A stretch of DNA of 64,000 nt from assembly GCA_965216565.1 (NCBI GenBank), contig OZ244170.1:3808001-3872000 (forward strand), written 5' to 3'. The translations under genes and the position numbers were made by a program. The notes under the pieces are model-generated. The model was not told the origin of the DNA. It did no database searches and saw only the letters and a list, made by a program, of their open reading frames with translations. Positions 47,384 to 57,690 of the stretch are shown piece after piece. The DNA is from Bythopirellula sp. (lineage in GTDB: Bacteria > Planctomycetota > Planctomycetia > Pirellulales > Lacipirellulaceae). Position 1 is the first letter of the stretch. Each line of letters begins with the position of its first letter.

Positions 47384-47576
47384 GGGGAAGCTCGCGTCGG
47401 CATAGGGTCTCGGGCTGCTGGGGCCTCAAAATCTGTGAACGGAGAATATTGGGCACTGTGGGTTTCCACAACCCAGATAGGAAATCAGCTAGCACAGGGA
47501 ATCACTTTCCCTAGCACCCGGAAGGCCAACCCTATAGCGGCAGCGGATGATATTTGAGCTAGAACACGATCGATGA

Positions 47577-47900
47577 CTATCGCTTCTTCTTCGCCCAGAC
47601 TTCCATCCAGTGATCGAGTCCTTCTTTCGGTTGCGCTTTGACCACCTGCTCGATCTCTTCGGCGTTCATTCCCCGATCGAGCATGTCTTGTTTGAGTTCG
47701 GCTTCGACCTCTCGTTGACGCACGGCATTCCAGCATGCCGCGGCCACACAGCCAATGACTAAGAGAAGCAGAGTCACGCAACTCACCACGACCAGAATGA
47801 CCACAAATCGTTGGTCGCGATCCAAGCCATAGAAGTCTGTCGGCAAACCATCGGCATCAGTTACAGGTACTCGCGCGAATAGCAGCGGTAGATAGTTCAT
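47577..47900 (-). CDS. Small single-TM protein
   Basis: TM then EAELKQDMLDRGMNAEEIEQVV; paralogous to its neighbour. Confidence 0.75.
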   Translation of the reverse strand: MNYLPLLFARVPVTDADGLPTDFYGLDRDQRFVVILVVVSCVTLLLLVIGCVAAACWNAVRQREVEAELKQDMLDRGMNAEEIEQVVKAQPKEGLDHWMEVWAKKKR

Positions 47901-47926
47901 GAGTTTGGTCTCGGTTCTATGTTCTT

Positions 47927-48175
47927 CTATTCTTCGTCGGTTTCGAGCGGAGCTGCTTCGAGAATGGTCTTTATCTCATTGGCATCCAGACCCCGATCGA
48001 GCAGTTCTCGCTTGAAATCGTCCTGCTGCCTCTGCCGGGTCAGTTTGCCAATCTGCTCGACGATCGTCTGAATGATTAGCCAAGAAAATATGACGACCAA
48101 AATGAGGATGACAAAATTGAACGGCAAAGGCAGGAAATCGAGGATCGGAGCTGACAGGGCTTCGTTGTTTTCCAC
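47927..48175 (-). CDS. Small single-TM protein (paralog of 47577-47900)
   Basis: GGAG RBS; TM then DDFKRELLDRGLDANEIKTIL. Confidence 0.7.
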   Translation of the reverse strand: MENNEALSAPILDFLPLPFNFVILILVVIFSWLIIQTIVEQIGKLTRQRQQDDFKRELLDRGLDANEIKTILEAAPLETDEE

Positions 48176-48602
48176 TTGATAATCTCCGCTACAGATTCAT
48201 TTGTTTTTCAGTTACCGGGCTATCTATAGGACTCCCAGAGGTCGCCACCCTATTCTCGAATAGGTGATGGCTTATTCGTCGCGGACCGAACATTCTTTGT
48301 CTGTATTTGGTCGATCTTACAGCAAGACATAGTAACATTGCTCAGTGTAAGCACTTAGACACAGGACTTCGTCCTGCCTATTTCTTAGGCGTCGGATGCC
48401 TACCAAAAATTGACCCACCACCTTAAACTGTTTAGTGTGAAGGTTTTGGCGGGACAAGCAGGGATGCATGGTTGCCGAGACGACGTGCTTGCTGGCATGG
48501 AGCCCAGCAGCAAGTCTTCGCTGGACATCCAATCTCCCAATTCCTTCAACAGCATCGATTATCCCACATCCCTCCGCCCTCACCCCCTAGCCGAGGCGGC
48601 AT

Positions 48603-49988
48603 TTGAGCACTCCCAGTAAAAAACCTTGGGGTGGCGTCTTTGACGGGGCGATTGACCCCCGAGTCGAGAAATTCACCGAAAGCGTGAGCTTCGATCGCCG
48701 CCTCTATACGCACGATATCCGAGGCTCGATCGCCCATGCGCGGATGTTGGCTGCTCAAAAAGTGTTGACTCAAGATGAGTGCGACCAAATCGCAGCAGGG
48801 CTCGAAGAGATTGGTGCGGAAATTGCCGGCGGAACCTTCCAATTCCGTGAGGAGCTGGAAGACGTCCACATGAATATCGAACGGGCACTCGTCGAACGGA
48901 TCGGCGATGTGGGCCGAAAACTGCATACCGGGCGCAGCCGTAACGATCAGGTTTCTACCGATTTTCGTTTGTGGATTCGCGATGCTATCGATCAACTTGA
49001 TGCAGCACTCCTCGAACTGCAACGGGCTTTCGTGGGTCGTTGTGACGGGGACGAGGGGGTGATCCTTCCCGGCTACACGCACTTGCAACGTGCCCAGCCC
49101 GTGCTGGCCAATCACTATTGGCTGGCATACACCGAAAAATTCCAGCGCGATCGGCAGCGACTTGCCGATTGCCGCAGCCGCGTGAATCAACTCCCGCTGG
49201 GCACCGCAGCCTTGGCTGGAACTACCATCGATATCGATCGGCAACGGGTCGCCGACGAGCTCGGCTTCGAAGGCATCGTGGCCAACAGTCTCGATTCGTC
49301 CAGCGACCGCGACTTTGCGATCGAATTTGCTTTTGTGCTCACCCTCGTGGCCGAACACCTGAGCACCTGGGCGGAAGAATGGATCCTGTGGACCACCAGC
49401 GAGTTCAATTTCCTGCGCTTGCCGCAGGCCTATTGCACCGGCTCGTCGATCATGCCGCAGAAAATCAATCCCGACGTGCTGGAACTCATCCGCGGCAAGA
49501 CGGCCCGCGTTGTCGGCAATTTGCAGAGCTTGCTCGTGCTGGTGAAGGGTCTACCGCTGGCCTACAACCGCGATTTGCAAGAAGACAAACCCCGGGTGTT
49601 CGACTCCTCCGACACGGTCGGTGCCTGCGTCGACCTGGCTGCCTCGGTAGTGGCCGGCGCGGAGCTAAATCGCGAAGCGATCGCGGAACGGCTCGATCGA
49701 GGCTATTTAGATGCTACGACATTGATGGAATACCTGATTGGGCTCGATGTTCCGCAACGCACGGCTCACGAAATCATTGGTCAGCTGGTCGCGAAGGCGA
49801 TGAAGCAAAACTGCGCCTTAGCGGAACTGCCGATCGAGGAATTTCAGTCGGCTCACGAGGCACTCGACAAGAATGTTTACGAAATACTTGGTGTCGAGCG
49901 TGCCATCGCCGCATTCAAGAGCCAGGGTTCCACGGCGCCAGCATTGGTGGCCGAACAAGTTGCTGCCTGGAGAAAGAAACTTTCATGA
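48603..49988 (+). CDS. argH: Argininosuccinate lyase
   Basis: [49 protein letters not shown]. Confidence 0.98.
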   Translation: MSTPSKKPWGGVFDGAIDPRVEKFTESVSFDRRLYTHDIRGSIAHARMLAAQKVLTQDECDQIAAGLEEIGAEIAGGTFQFREELEDVHMNIERALVERIGDVGRKLHTGRSRNDQVSTDFRLWIRDAIDQLDAALLELQRAFVGRCDGDEGVILPGYTHLQRAQPVLANHYWLAYTEKFQRDRQRLADCRSRVNQLPLGTAALAGTTIDIDRQRVADELGFEGIVANSLDSSSDRDFAIEFAFVLTLVAEHLSTWAEEWILWTTSEFNFLRLPQAYCTGSSIMPQKINPDVLELIRGKTARVVGNLQSLLVLVKGLPLAYNRDLQEDKPRVFDSSDTVGACVDLAASVVAGAELNREAIAERLDRGYLDATTLMEYLIGLDVPQRTAHEIIGQLVAKAMKQNCALAELPIEEFQSAHEALDKNVYEILGVERAIAAFKSQGSTAPALVAEQVAAWRKKLS

Positions 49989-52279
49989 CGCGACCGCTCT
50001 GCTTTTCGACCAAGAGTACGAATAGCCCCTGGCTTTGCCGGGGGATGCGAAACAAGGCCAGCATTGATGTGATCCCCCGGCAAAGCCGGGGGCTATTAGC
50101 ACTATTGTTGTGGATCGCTTTTTGTCCTGCGGTGTATGGTCAAGGAGAACAATCCGACGACGTGCTACGTGCCGCCGCGCGTCGCAGTGTGGCGGTGGCT
50201 ACGATTCTCGACACTGAGATGGATACCCCCACGAAGCGGCTGTCCGCTGTGTTTGCGATGCTCGATTTGGAGGAGATCGCCGTGGCGGGAGCGCTACTTG
50301 AACCGGCAATAGGGGCCGACTACAACGCGGAAACTCGGGCAGAATTGGTACGAGAATTTGGCACAGCTCGCTTTTTGAATCTGGCGCGTCGTGACAAACC
50401 TGTTTCCGATGACAATCCCGGGCCGCTGGCGGGAGCTCGTGAGTTTGCCAAGAAGTGTCTCGACGCCGCGGCGGACGAGGCACGTGATCCCAGTCGAATT
50501 GCCAAACTTGTTGAGCAACTCAACGCGCCCGAGCCGGCAATTCGCAGCGCGGCACGCATCGATCTCTCGGTCACTGGAACTGCAGGTGGAAAAGCGGCAC
50601 TCGAAGCATTGGCCCAGGAAACAGAGCCCGAGCGTCGGGCGAATATCATGCAGGCCATCCTCCGACTGCGACCGGATGTCGATCCACTGCTGCTCGCGAT
50701 ATTGGCCGAGGGTGAGGGATTGCTGCTTCGCGATGCCGCCGAAATTGCAGGACATACAGGGATGCTCGACGCGGCGCCCTATCTGGCAGCCATTGCCGTA
50801 AGGCCGGATGTCGACCCCACCGTCCAGGCCGCCGCGCAAAAAGCCCTGACAAGCATTGGCCTTTCGCAAGCAGATACTTACAGTGCCCGCGGATTGCTGG
50901 TGGGGGAAATCAAACGCCTGGAAGCGATGGAGCCACTGCGGCAGGCAGGCGAGAAAACCTGGTGGGTATGGCAATCCCAAGAGCAGCCTGAAGCTGGAGA
51001 TGCAGGACCGCAGCGGCTGACTTCGCATGAGCTAAGCGCTGCACAGATTCATACAGCAACTCTTCATCGGCTCGCTCGCACTCTCAACAAGCTAAATCTC
51101 AACAAACCTCAGCACCGTCAGCTCGAAGCGATGTACTTTTACGAGCTACCAGACCAATTGCTAGGAAACCTTGATCTCGGGCTGGATACCTTTTCTGCGG
51201 AAGAGCTTTCTCAGGGTTTCAAGAATGCGATCGCAAAAGACCGTGTCACCTCCGCCGTGCGATTCGCCGCCGAGATGGCACGCCGACGTGACCCTGCCGC
51301 TCTACGTTCCACCGATGCCCAACGATCCCCTTTGGCGGATGCCCTGGAGCATCCTGACCGACGGGTTCGCTTCGCGGCACTGGAAGCGGTGATGAGCATT
51401 GCTCCTCGTCAATCATTTGCCGGCGCAAGTGCAGTGCCCAAAGCACTTTGGGAGTTCGCCGCTGCTGCCGGGACTCCCCAGGCGATTGCCGCTTCGTCGC
51501 GCAGCAATCAAGCCAGTAATTGGGCCGGACAGCTCCGAGCGCTGGGCTACGACGGCATTCCAGTCACCACGGGTCGCCAAGTGCTGCAAGCGGCGCTCGA
51601 TTCCCCTCGCAGGGCGCTCTTGGTGATCGATAGCGATATCGGCAACCCTCTCCTCCGCGAGGTGTTATACCAGTTGCGCGGTCGCCGCAGGACTAAACAG
51701 CTTCCCGTGGCAATTTTCAGTAGTCTGCACAACCTGGCTGAATCGCAGAAGCTCGCCCAGCGCGACCCTTATTTGCTGGCAATTGCCCGTCCCCAGCGCG
51801 AGGGCGACTTCGCCGCTGTCGTAAAAGGTCTAGAAGCCTTGAATCCAGCCGCGGCGAACGAACAAACTCGCAACGAGTGGGCCACGAAGAGCCTCAAATG
51901 GATTGCCGAACTCCAGCAAAATGGCCATCCGTACGACGAGCTGCACCGCGGTGCCGATTTGGTCGGATCGCTCGTTTACCAGCCAGAACTCACTTCCGCC
52001 GCACTCGAAGCCCTGGCCGCGCTGGGAACCTCCGGTAGCCAGCAGTCGCTGCTGCAACTCGCCAGTAGCCCGAGCGCTTCCCTGGAAACTCGCCAAGCAG
52101 CCGTCCAAGCCTTTGCCGACAGCGTCACTCGTTTTGGCAGAGTGTTGACCCCATCGCAGGTTGCCAAGCAGTACGACATTTACAACGCCAGTGAGACCGC
52201 CGACCGCGACACACAAAAAGTATTGGGCCAATTGCTCGATATCCTGGAAGACAAGCCGCTTTCACCTGCCTCGCCATGA
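49985..52279 (+). CDS. HEAT-repeat protein with a receiver-like domain and N-terminal signal/TM segment
   Basis: ATGA overlap with argH; HEAT-like [22 protein letters not shown]-like [40 protein letters not shown]. Confidence 0.75.
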   Translation: MTRPLCFSTKSTNSPWLCRGMRNKASIDVIPRQSRGLLALLLWIAFCPAVYGQGEQSDDVLRAAARRSVAVATILDTEMDTPTKRLSAVFAMLDLEEIAVAGALLEPAIGADYNAETRAELVREFGTARFLNLARRDKPVSDDNPGPLAGAREFAKKCLDAAADEARDPSRIAKLVEQLNAPEPAIRSAARIDLSVTGTAGGKAALEALAQETEPERRANIMQAILRLRPDVDPLLLAILAEGEGLLLRDAAEIAGHTGMLDAAPYLAAIAVRPDVDPTVQAAAQKALTSIGLSQADTYSARGLLVGEIKRLEAMEPLRQAGEKTWWVWQSQEQPEAGDAGPQRLTSHELSAAQIHTATLHRLARTLNKLNLNKPQHRQLEAMYFYELPDQLLGNLDLGLDTFSAEELSQGFKNAIAKDRVTSAVRFAAEMARRRDPAALRSTDAQRSPLADALEHPDRRVRFAALEAVMSIAPRQSFAGASAVPKALWEFAAAAGTPQAIAASSRSNQASNWAGQLRALGYDGIPVTTGRQVLQAALDSPRRALLVIDSDIGNPLLREVLYQLRGRRRTKQLPVAIFSSLHNLAESQKLAQRDPYLLAIARPQREGDFAAVVKGLEALNPAAANEQTRNEWATKSLKWIAELQQNGHPYDELHRGADLVGSLVYQPELTSAALEALAALGTSGSQQSLLQLASSPSASLETRQAAVQAFADSVTRFGRVLTPSQVAKQYDIYNASETADRDTQKVLGQLLDILEDKPLSPASP
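50023..50095. repeat. REP doublet (REPIN-like), 73 bp, inside a CDS
   Basis: TAGCCCCTGGCTTTGCCGGGGGAT and ATCCCCCGGCAAAGCCGGGGGCTA. Confidence 0.8.
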
Positions 52280-53358
52280 GTTCGTCCAACTCTACCAATC
52301 TGAATTCCTCTCCCGGCAACGAGCCGGGTCCCTTACTGGGAATTATCGGTTCCTGTCAGGCGATGCGCGAAGTGTTCCGCGTCACCCGGCAAGTGGCTCA
52401 GTCGCAGGCTTCGGTTTTGCTACTAGGCGAAACAGGCACTGGCAAAGAACTGATCGCCCATGCGATTCACGAGCTGAGCAGTCGCCGCGAGCGCCCCTTT
52501 GTCCGCGTCAATTGCGGTGCCCTCAGCGAAAATTTGCTGGAAAGCGAGCTCTTTGGCCATGTGCGAGGTGCCTTCACAGGGGCGATCGACAATCGAACTG
52601 GCCGATTCGAAGCGGCGCATAAGGGCACGATTTTTCTTGACGAAATCAACTCGACTTCGCTGCATCTGCAGGTGAAGCTCCTGAGAGTTCTCCAAGAGCG
52701 GGAGTTCGAGCGTGTCGGCGATACCAAAACCGTGCAGGTCGACACTCGGGTGGTGGCCGCCAGCAATCGCGACCTCTTGGCACTAGCGGCTGAGGGTGAT
52801 TTTCGAGAGGACCTGTACTATCGGCTCAACGTAGTACCGGTGTATCTGCCGCCTCTTCGCGAGCGTGCCGAGGACATCCCAGAGCTAGTCAGCCACTTCT
52901 TAAACCTCTACAACGAACAGAACGACCGCTATGTGGCTCACATTGATCCCCAGGCAATGGAAGCTCTGCAGAAATACACCTGGCCGGGCAATGTCCGCGA
53001 ACTACAAAACTACGTGGAACGGGCCGTGGTGATGGCCACCGGCGACGAGCTGAGCTACGACCTGCTGCCGCCCGAAGTGACCGACGGTCGCACCCATACC
53101 GCATTGAGCCCGCGGCCATTGGACTTTGGCTCTTTGACCGAGGAGTTGGTGCGGATGGGTATCAACGGGGTGACCGACAGCGACGACAACATCCATGGCC
53201 GAATTGTCGACCCCGTCGAACGCGAAGTGATCGCCCAAGTGATGAGCAGTTGCGATCACGTACAAATCAAGGCGGCGGCGCGACTGGGCATCAATCGCAA
53301 CACGCTGCATAAGAAACTCAAACAATACGGGCTAGATACCGACTCCTCGGATAAGTGA
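52276..53358 (+). CDS. Sigma-54-dependent enhancer-binding protein (AAA+ and Fis HTH) without a sensory domain
   Basis: [63 protein letters not shown]. Confidence 0.95.
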   Translation: MSSSNSTNLNSSPGNEPGPLLGIIGSCQAMREVFRVTRQVAQSQASVLLLGETGTGKELIAHAIHELSSRRERPFVRVNCGALSENLLESELFGHVRGAFTGAIDNRTGRFEAAHKGTIFLDEINSTSLHLQVKLLRVLQEREFERVGDTKTVQVDTRVVAASNRDLLALAAEGDFREDLYYRLNVVPVYLPPLRERAEDIPELVSHFLNLYNEQNDRYVAHIDPQAMEALQKYTWPGNVRELQNYVERAVVMATGDELSYDLLPPEVTDGRTHTALSPRPLDFGSLTEELVRMGINGVTDSDDNIHGRIVDPVEREVIAQVMSSCDHVQIKAAARLGINRNTLHKKLKQYGLDTDSSDK

Positions 53359-53380
53359 GTGAGTCGGATATCGATCGACA

Positions 53381-54271
53381 ATGAACCCAGGCGTTAAAAT
53401 CCTTTGTTTTGCGGCATGCTACGTGATTGCGTTGGTGCTGGAGCTTCCAGGGCCGTGGACGCGAGCGCGCTGGCGTCGGGCGGCAAGCATCCTGGCCGCC
53501 TCAGCGGGAATCGTTGCACACACTGCATATCTGGGGCAACGCGTGGCGGCGCTGCCCACGTTGCCGCTGGCCAGCCATCACGACTGGTTGCTGCTGGCCG
53601 CGTGGCTATTGGCGGTAATTCAAGTCGGGGCCTTATTTTACTATCCGCGCAAAACGCTGGGCGTGTTTCTGCTGCCGGCAGTACTCGCCCTAGTCGGTAT
53701 GTCGACCTATGCCACACCCAAACCGCTAGCCTCGTTTGAGGCGCCCCGCGTGTGGGGTTTAGTGCATGGCGTGTTTCTGCTGCTGGGTACTATCGCGGTG
53801 CTGCTTGGCTTTTTAGCGGGGCTGATGTATTTGGTGCAAAGCCGACGACTCAAGCAGAAACGATCGTTGAGCAAAGGATTGCTGCTGCCCAGCCTGGAAT
53901 GGTTAGAACGTATGAATAGTCGTTCGTTGGGCGCGGCAGCACTGCTGGTGGGCGGAGGATTTTTGACTGGTGTGGTCACCCACGTCGCCCGCACGGACGA
54001 CCTCTCCACCTTGCCTTGGACCGACCCAGTCGTCCTAAGTCTCTCGGCAATGCTGCTCTGGCTAGTGGTAGCTGAGGCATTCCGCATGATCTACCCCGCC
54101 GCACGTCGGGGACGTAAAGTCGCCTATCTCACGATCGCCGCTTTCGCTTTTCTGCTGCTGGTTCTGGCGTCAGTTACGTGGCAAGACTCCGTCCACCAAG
54201 CGGGCACCGAAGACTCTAGGCCCGCCTCAATAAGCCAACTCATCTACACTGCCGACGGAGGTCATCTATGA
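53381..54271 (+). CDS. CcsA/HemX-like cytochrome c assembly family membrane protein
   Basis: About 8 TMs; HGVFLLLG, MYLVQSRRLK, LPSLEWLERMN, WTDP; overlaps hemA. Confidence 0.85.
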   Translation: MNPGVKILCFAACYVIALVLELPGPWTRARWRRAASILAASAGIVAHTAYLGQRVAALPTLPLASHHDWLLLAAWLLAVIQVGALFYYPRKTLGVFLLPAVLALVGMSTYATPKPLASFEAPRVWGLVHGVFLLLGTIAVLLGFLAGLMYLVQSRRLKQKRSLSKGLLLPSLEWLERMNSRSLGAAALLVGGGFLTGVVTHVARTDDLSTLPWTDPVVLSLSAMLLWLVVAEAFRMIYPAARRGRKVAYLTIAAFAFLLLVLASVTWQDSVHQAGTEDSRPASISQLIYTADGGHL

Positions 54272-55545
54272 ACCTCCAAATGATCGGCTGCACGCATCAC
54301 GAAGCCAATCTCGATACCCGTCAGCTACTCGCATTTAGTCCTGAGCAAGTTGAGGCAGCACTGGCCCAGTGGAAAACGGAATTCCCATCAATCGAATTGG
54401 CACTCGTCTCCACTTGCAATCGCGTGGAACTGTATGCAGCTGCGTTGGAGGCGGAGAATCTACCGACATTCGACCAGCTGATCACCGCCCTGGTGGATTT
54501 TCGTGAGATTTCGCCCGACACTGTGACCGGGCACCTCACAACGCTGGTCGACCAAGACGCGCTACGGCACGTTTATCGTGTGGCTTCAAGCCTAGAGAGC
54601 ATGGTCATCGGCGAGTCGCAGATTCTCGCTCAGGTGAAACAGGCCTATCAAACAGCGTGCGCCGTGGGCACTGCCGGGCCTCTGCTCCACGAAATTTTCC
54701 AATCGGCGCTACGGACTGCCAAACGAGTCGCTGGCGAAACGGCATTACATCGCCACCGCGTGAGTATTCCGAGTGTGGCGATTGCCGATTTGGCAAGTGG
54801 TGTGTTCGAATCGTTCGATGGCAAGCATGTGTTAGTCGTAGGCGCCGGCGACATGGCCACGAAAACACTCGAATTGCTCACAGAAAAGTGGCGTCCGCAG
54901 ATTCACGTCGTTAACCGCAATCGAGAGCGCGGCGCAGAATTGGCTAGTCGATTTGACGGTGAGTCTCACCCATGGAACGACTTGTGGGATCAACTCGCGG
55001 CGACTGATTTGGTGATTAGCACTACCGCGGCAGAAGAGCCAGTCGTGGAAGCGGGCGACTTTGCCGAACACGTCGAGCCCCGACGCCACCAGAGCACCTT
55101 GTTCATTCTCGATTTGGCTGTGCCCCGCGATTTCAGCCCCGAAGTAGGAAATGCCCCGGGCGTGTACCTCTACTCGCTCGACGACCTGCACGATGCCTGC
55201 GATCGCAACCGAGTGGCACGGGCTGCGGAAGTCCCCAAGGCGGAGAAGATCATAATTGACGAGACGGCCCAATTTATGGCTGAGGCAGCCCATCGGGCCG
55301 CCGCCCCGGTAATCACCCGCCTGCGAAGCGGGATGGATGTACCCAAGCAGGCGGAGCTGACACGGCTGTTTCAGAAGCTGCCAGAATTGGACGACGCCAG
55401 TCGCGCAGAGATCGAAAAATTCGCCGACCGCCTCGTGAATAAGATGCTGCACCCGCCGCTAGAGTCGCTCCGCGACGCCTCACAGAACGGCTCGCACACC
55501 GGATTGGTGGATGCCGTGCGGCGGTTGTTCAAGATTGAAGATTGA
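54268..55545 (+). CDS. hemA: Glutamyl-tRNA reductase
   Basis: STCNRVELY, SLESMVIGESQILAQVK, VGAGDMA, DLAVPRD, KMLHPP. Confidence 0.97.
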   Translation: MNLQMIGCTHHEANLDTRQLLAFSPEQVEAALAQWKTEFPSIELALVSTCNRVELYAAALEAENLPTFDQLITALVDFREISPDTVTGHLTTLVDQDALRHVYRVASSLESMVIGESQILAQVKQAYQTACAVGTAGPLLHEIFQSALRTAKRVAGETALHRHRVSIPSVAIADLASGVFESFDGKHVLVVGAGDMATKTLELLTEKWRPQIHVVNRNRERGAELASRFDGESHPWNDLWDQLAATDLVISTTAAEEPVVEAGDFAEHVEPRRHQSTLFILDLAVPRDFSPEVGNAPGVYLYSLDDLHDACDRNRVARAAEVPKAEKIIIDETAQFMAEAAHRAAAPVITRLRSGMDVPKQAELTRLFQKLPELDDASRAEIEKFADRLVNKMLHPPLESLRDASQNGSHTGLVDAVRRLFKIED

Positions 55546-55651
55546 TGTCTCTCGCAAAGCCGCTGAGACACAACCTGCCTGTCGATTAACCCATAGATCG
55601 CCCGGCGATGCATCGCGGCTAGGGTGAGCTATGAGTTTGAACTTCTAGATC

Positions 55652-56143
55652 TTAGATCTCTTCTTCGCCGTCCTCGTCTTCGTACTCGTATTCGAATTCT
55701 TCTTCGCCCAAGTCTTCGCCGTCATCCTCGTATTCGTACTCGAATTCCTCGCCGTCATCTTCGCCGTCCAATTCGTCCTCGTCGTCGTCTTCCACCTCTT
55801 CCCACTCGTCGTCTAATTCTTCCTCTGTATCGTCGTCACCGTCCTCTTCGTCCTCGTACTCTTCATATTCGTCACCGTCTTCATCTTCTAAGTCGCCATC
55901 TTCGTCTTCGGTATCGGTGACATCTTCATACTCATATTCGTATTCATCGTCGCCGTCTTCATCATCGACGTCTTCGTATTCGTACTCCTCTTCGTTCTCT
56001 TGCTCTTCCTCTTCCTCTTCCATGGTGAAGTAGCGACTGGGCGATGCTGAGCAGCCGGTACCGGCCAGTTCCAAATCTGGTAAGGCCCAAGGATCTATTT
56101 CAGACGAATAAGATTCGAGAGAAGGCATTTCAATTGACGGCAC
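55652..56143 (-). CDS. Extremely acidic low-complexity protein
   Basis: AAGGAG RBS before GTG 56143; over 110 C-terminal residues almost all D/E with recurring E(Y/F)EYE motifs. Confidence 0.75.
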   Translation of the reverse strand: MPSIEMPSLESYSSEIDPWALPDLELAGTGCSASPSRYFTMEEEEEEQENEEEYEYEDVDDEDGDDEYEYEYEDVTDTEDEDGDLEDEDGDEYEEYEDEEDGDDDTEEELDDEWEEVEDDDEDELDGEDDGEEFEYEYEDDGEDLGEEEFEYEYEDEDGEEEI

Positions 56144-56228
56144 GTTTGACTCCTTAACCAACTCACAACGGATTGGGCTTACCGACTTCGCGGGCAGTGT
56201 CGCCCATCGAAAATCGGCTTGGCGTTTC

Positions 56229-56924
56229 TTAGCTCACAAACTCGACGTTACGAATTTGATCGACCGAGGGCAATTGTTCCAGGGAGCGCAGACCAAAAAC
56301 TTGCAAAAAATTCTTGGTTGTGCCGTATTGGAATGGTCGGCCAAGTTCCTCAGATCGTCCGACAATACGCAATAATTCGCGTTCCATCAACACTCTAAGG
56401 ATTTCGCCGCACTGAACTCCACGAATTGCCTCAATTTCTGCTCTCAAGACTGGTTGGCGGTAGGCCACTACCGACAACGTTTCCAGGGCTGGGGCTGTGA
56501 GACGCAATTCCTCGCTGCTGCCATGCAAACGACGTATCCAATCGGCCAATTGAGGGCGGGTCATAAGCCGAACTCCTCCGGCCACTTCTACTACCTGCAT
56601 GGCACTTGCACGAGCGTCGTGACGCTTGCGCAGCTGCTTGAGTAAAGTGCGTGCCTGGGTACCATCGGCTAATTTGGCGAGTTTGGCCAGTTTTCTCGTG
56701 GAAAGTGGTTCGCGGGCCAGAAACAACACCGCTTCTAGCTGCGCGATTAGAGCTTCTTCGTCCTGAGGTTCTCCTGCGGGAGAGCACGTAGAAATCTCGC
56801 CCCGCAATGCCGGATGCCATGGGGCTAGTCCCCGTTGGGCAGGCTGCGGCGAAAGTAGGCCCGGGGTAGGCCCGCCCTGCCGACGCGGCACAATTCCGGG
56901 CCAGTTATGGGGGTACCCATTCAT
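56229..56924 (-). CDS. scpB: SMC-Scp complex subunit ScpB
   Basis: LEAVLFLAREPLS, EVAGGVRLMTRP, ALETLSVVAYRQPV.RAEIEAIRGV, GRPFQYGTTKNFLQVFGL; ATG 56924 overlaps the upstream stop. Confidence 0.95.
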   Translation of the reverse strand: MNGYPHNWPGIVPRRQGGPTPGLLSPQPAQRGLAPWHPALRGEISTCSPAGEPQDEEALIAQLEAVLFLAREPLSTRKLAKLAKLADGTQARTLLKQLRKRHDARASAMQVVEVAGGVRLMTRPQLADWIRRLHGSSEELRLTAPALETLSVVAYRQPVLRAEIEAIRGVQCGEILRVLMERELLRIVGRSEELGRPFQYGTTKNFLQVFGLRSLEQLPSVDQIRNVEFVS

Positions 56925-57559
56925 CTCACTAACGCCTGGGGAGAATCGATGCCGTATCCATGCTGCGCAAGTCGTTGATTGGTTGGTGGCGTTGCGCGAG
57001 CCATCTGCCAACGCTCGACTTCCGCGGTCACTTGCTGAATGCATACGGCCGGGCTTTCGGCGATTGCCTCAAATTGTTGAGCAACGCCTTGTTGTGTGCC
57101 CAAGGGCATTTCGCAGCGAAAGCGGTAGAATCGTCCGTCGCTGCCCCAAGCTTCCAGGGCGTAGCCTTCGGGCCCGAGCGCACGGAGCCGCTGTAAGAGA
57201 GGCTGCAATTGCTGATCCAAACTCGCAGCAACTGGGGCTTGGGGAGATTGGGCTCGCGTTGTTTCGCTTGGCAATACCTGTATCGGAATTGTTGGTGATG
57301 GCGATGTCGCTGCCACAGATCCCGTCATGCCCCCCGGTGTGAGCGTTTCGGGTGCGCCAAAGCGAGGTGCGGTTTTTGCTTCCACGGGCTGTTCGTAAGG
57401 TTGTTGCCAACCCGTGGCATCTTTCACCACTTCCACCACACGATCGACAAACTTCTGGCCACTGGGGGGAAGCGGGCCGTAATAGATCCAAGCGGCGGGC
57501 AAACCGACCAAAACGGCTAGCATAACGCCTGCACGAAACAGTTCTTTCATGGTTCTCAC
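56921..57559 (-). CDS. Hypothetical membrane-anchored protein
   Basis: N-terminal TM, Pro-rich linker, C-terminal YALEAWG..YRFRCEM..FEA domain. Confidence 0.7.
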   Translation of the reverse strand: MRTMKELFRAGVMLAVLVGLPAAWIYYGPLPPSGQKFVDRVVEVVKDATGWQQPYEQPVEAKTAPRFGAPETLTPGGMTGSVAATSPSPTIPIQVLPSETTRAQSPQAPVAASLDQQLQPLLQRLRALGPEGYALEAWGSDGRFYRFRCEMPLGTQQGVAQQFEAIAESPAVCIQQVTAEVERWQMARATPPTNQRLAQHGYGIDSPQALVR

Positions 57560-57690
57560 TCGCTGCGGGACGAGAGCTGACTCTGATTAGGGCGCGAATC
57601 GTAGCGACTGCACTGCGACGAGCCAAGAGAGACTGTCGATTCGTGTTCCTGCCCCCTGCCCTCTCCCCCGACCCTTCCTACAATGCATGC

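Noticed and set aside
49118..49984. N-terminal extension making a 1053-aa ORF
   Set aside because: It overlaps argH in another frame. The ATGA-coupled start at 49985, followed by a hydrophobic leader, is more plausible.
55624..55920. Arg-rich, protamine-like ORF on the + strand
   Set aside because: It is the antisense shadow of the GAA/GAC-rich acidic gene and has no evident RBS.
55652..56228. Acidic ORF as a read-through or frameshifted tail of ScpB
   Set aside because: ScpB ends at a normal position with TAA, and the acidic ORF is in a different frame with its own AAGGAG RBS and GTG start.
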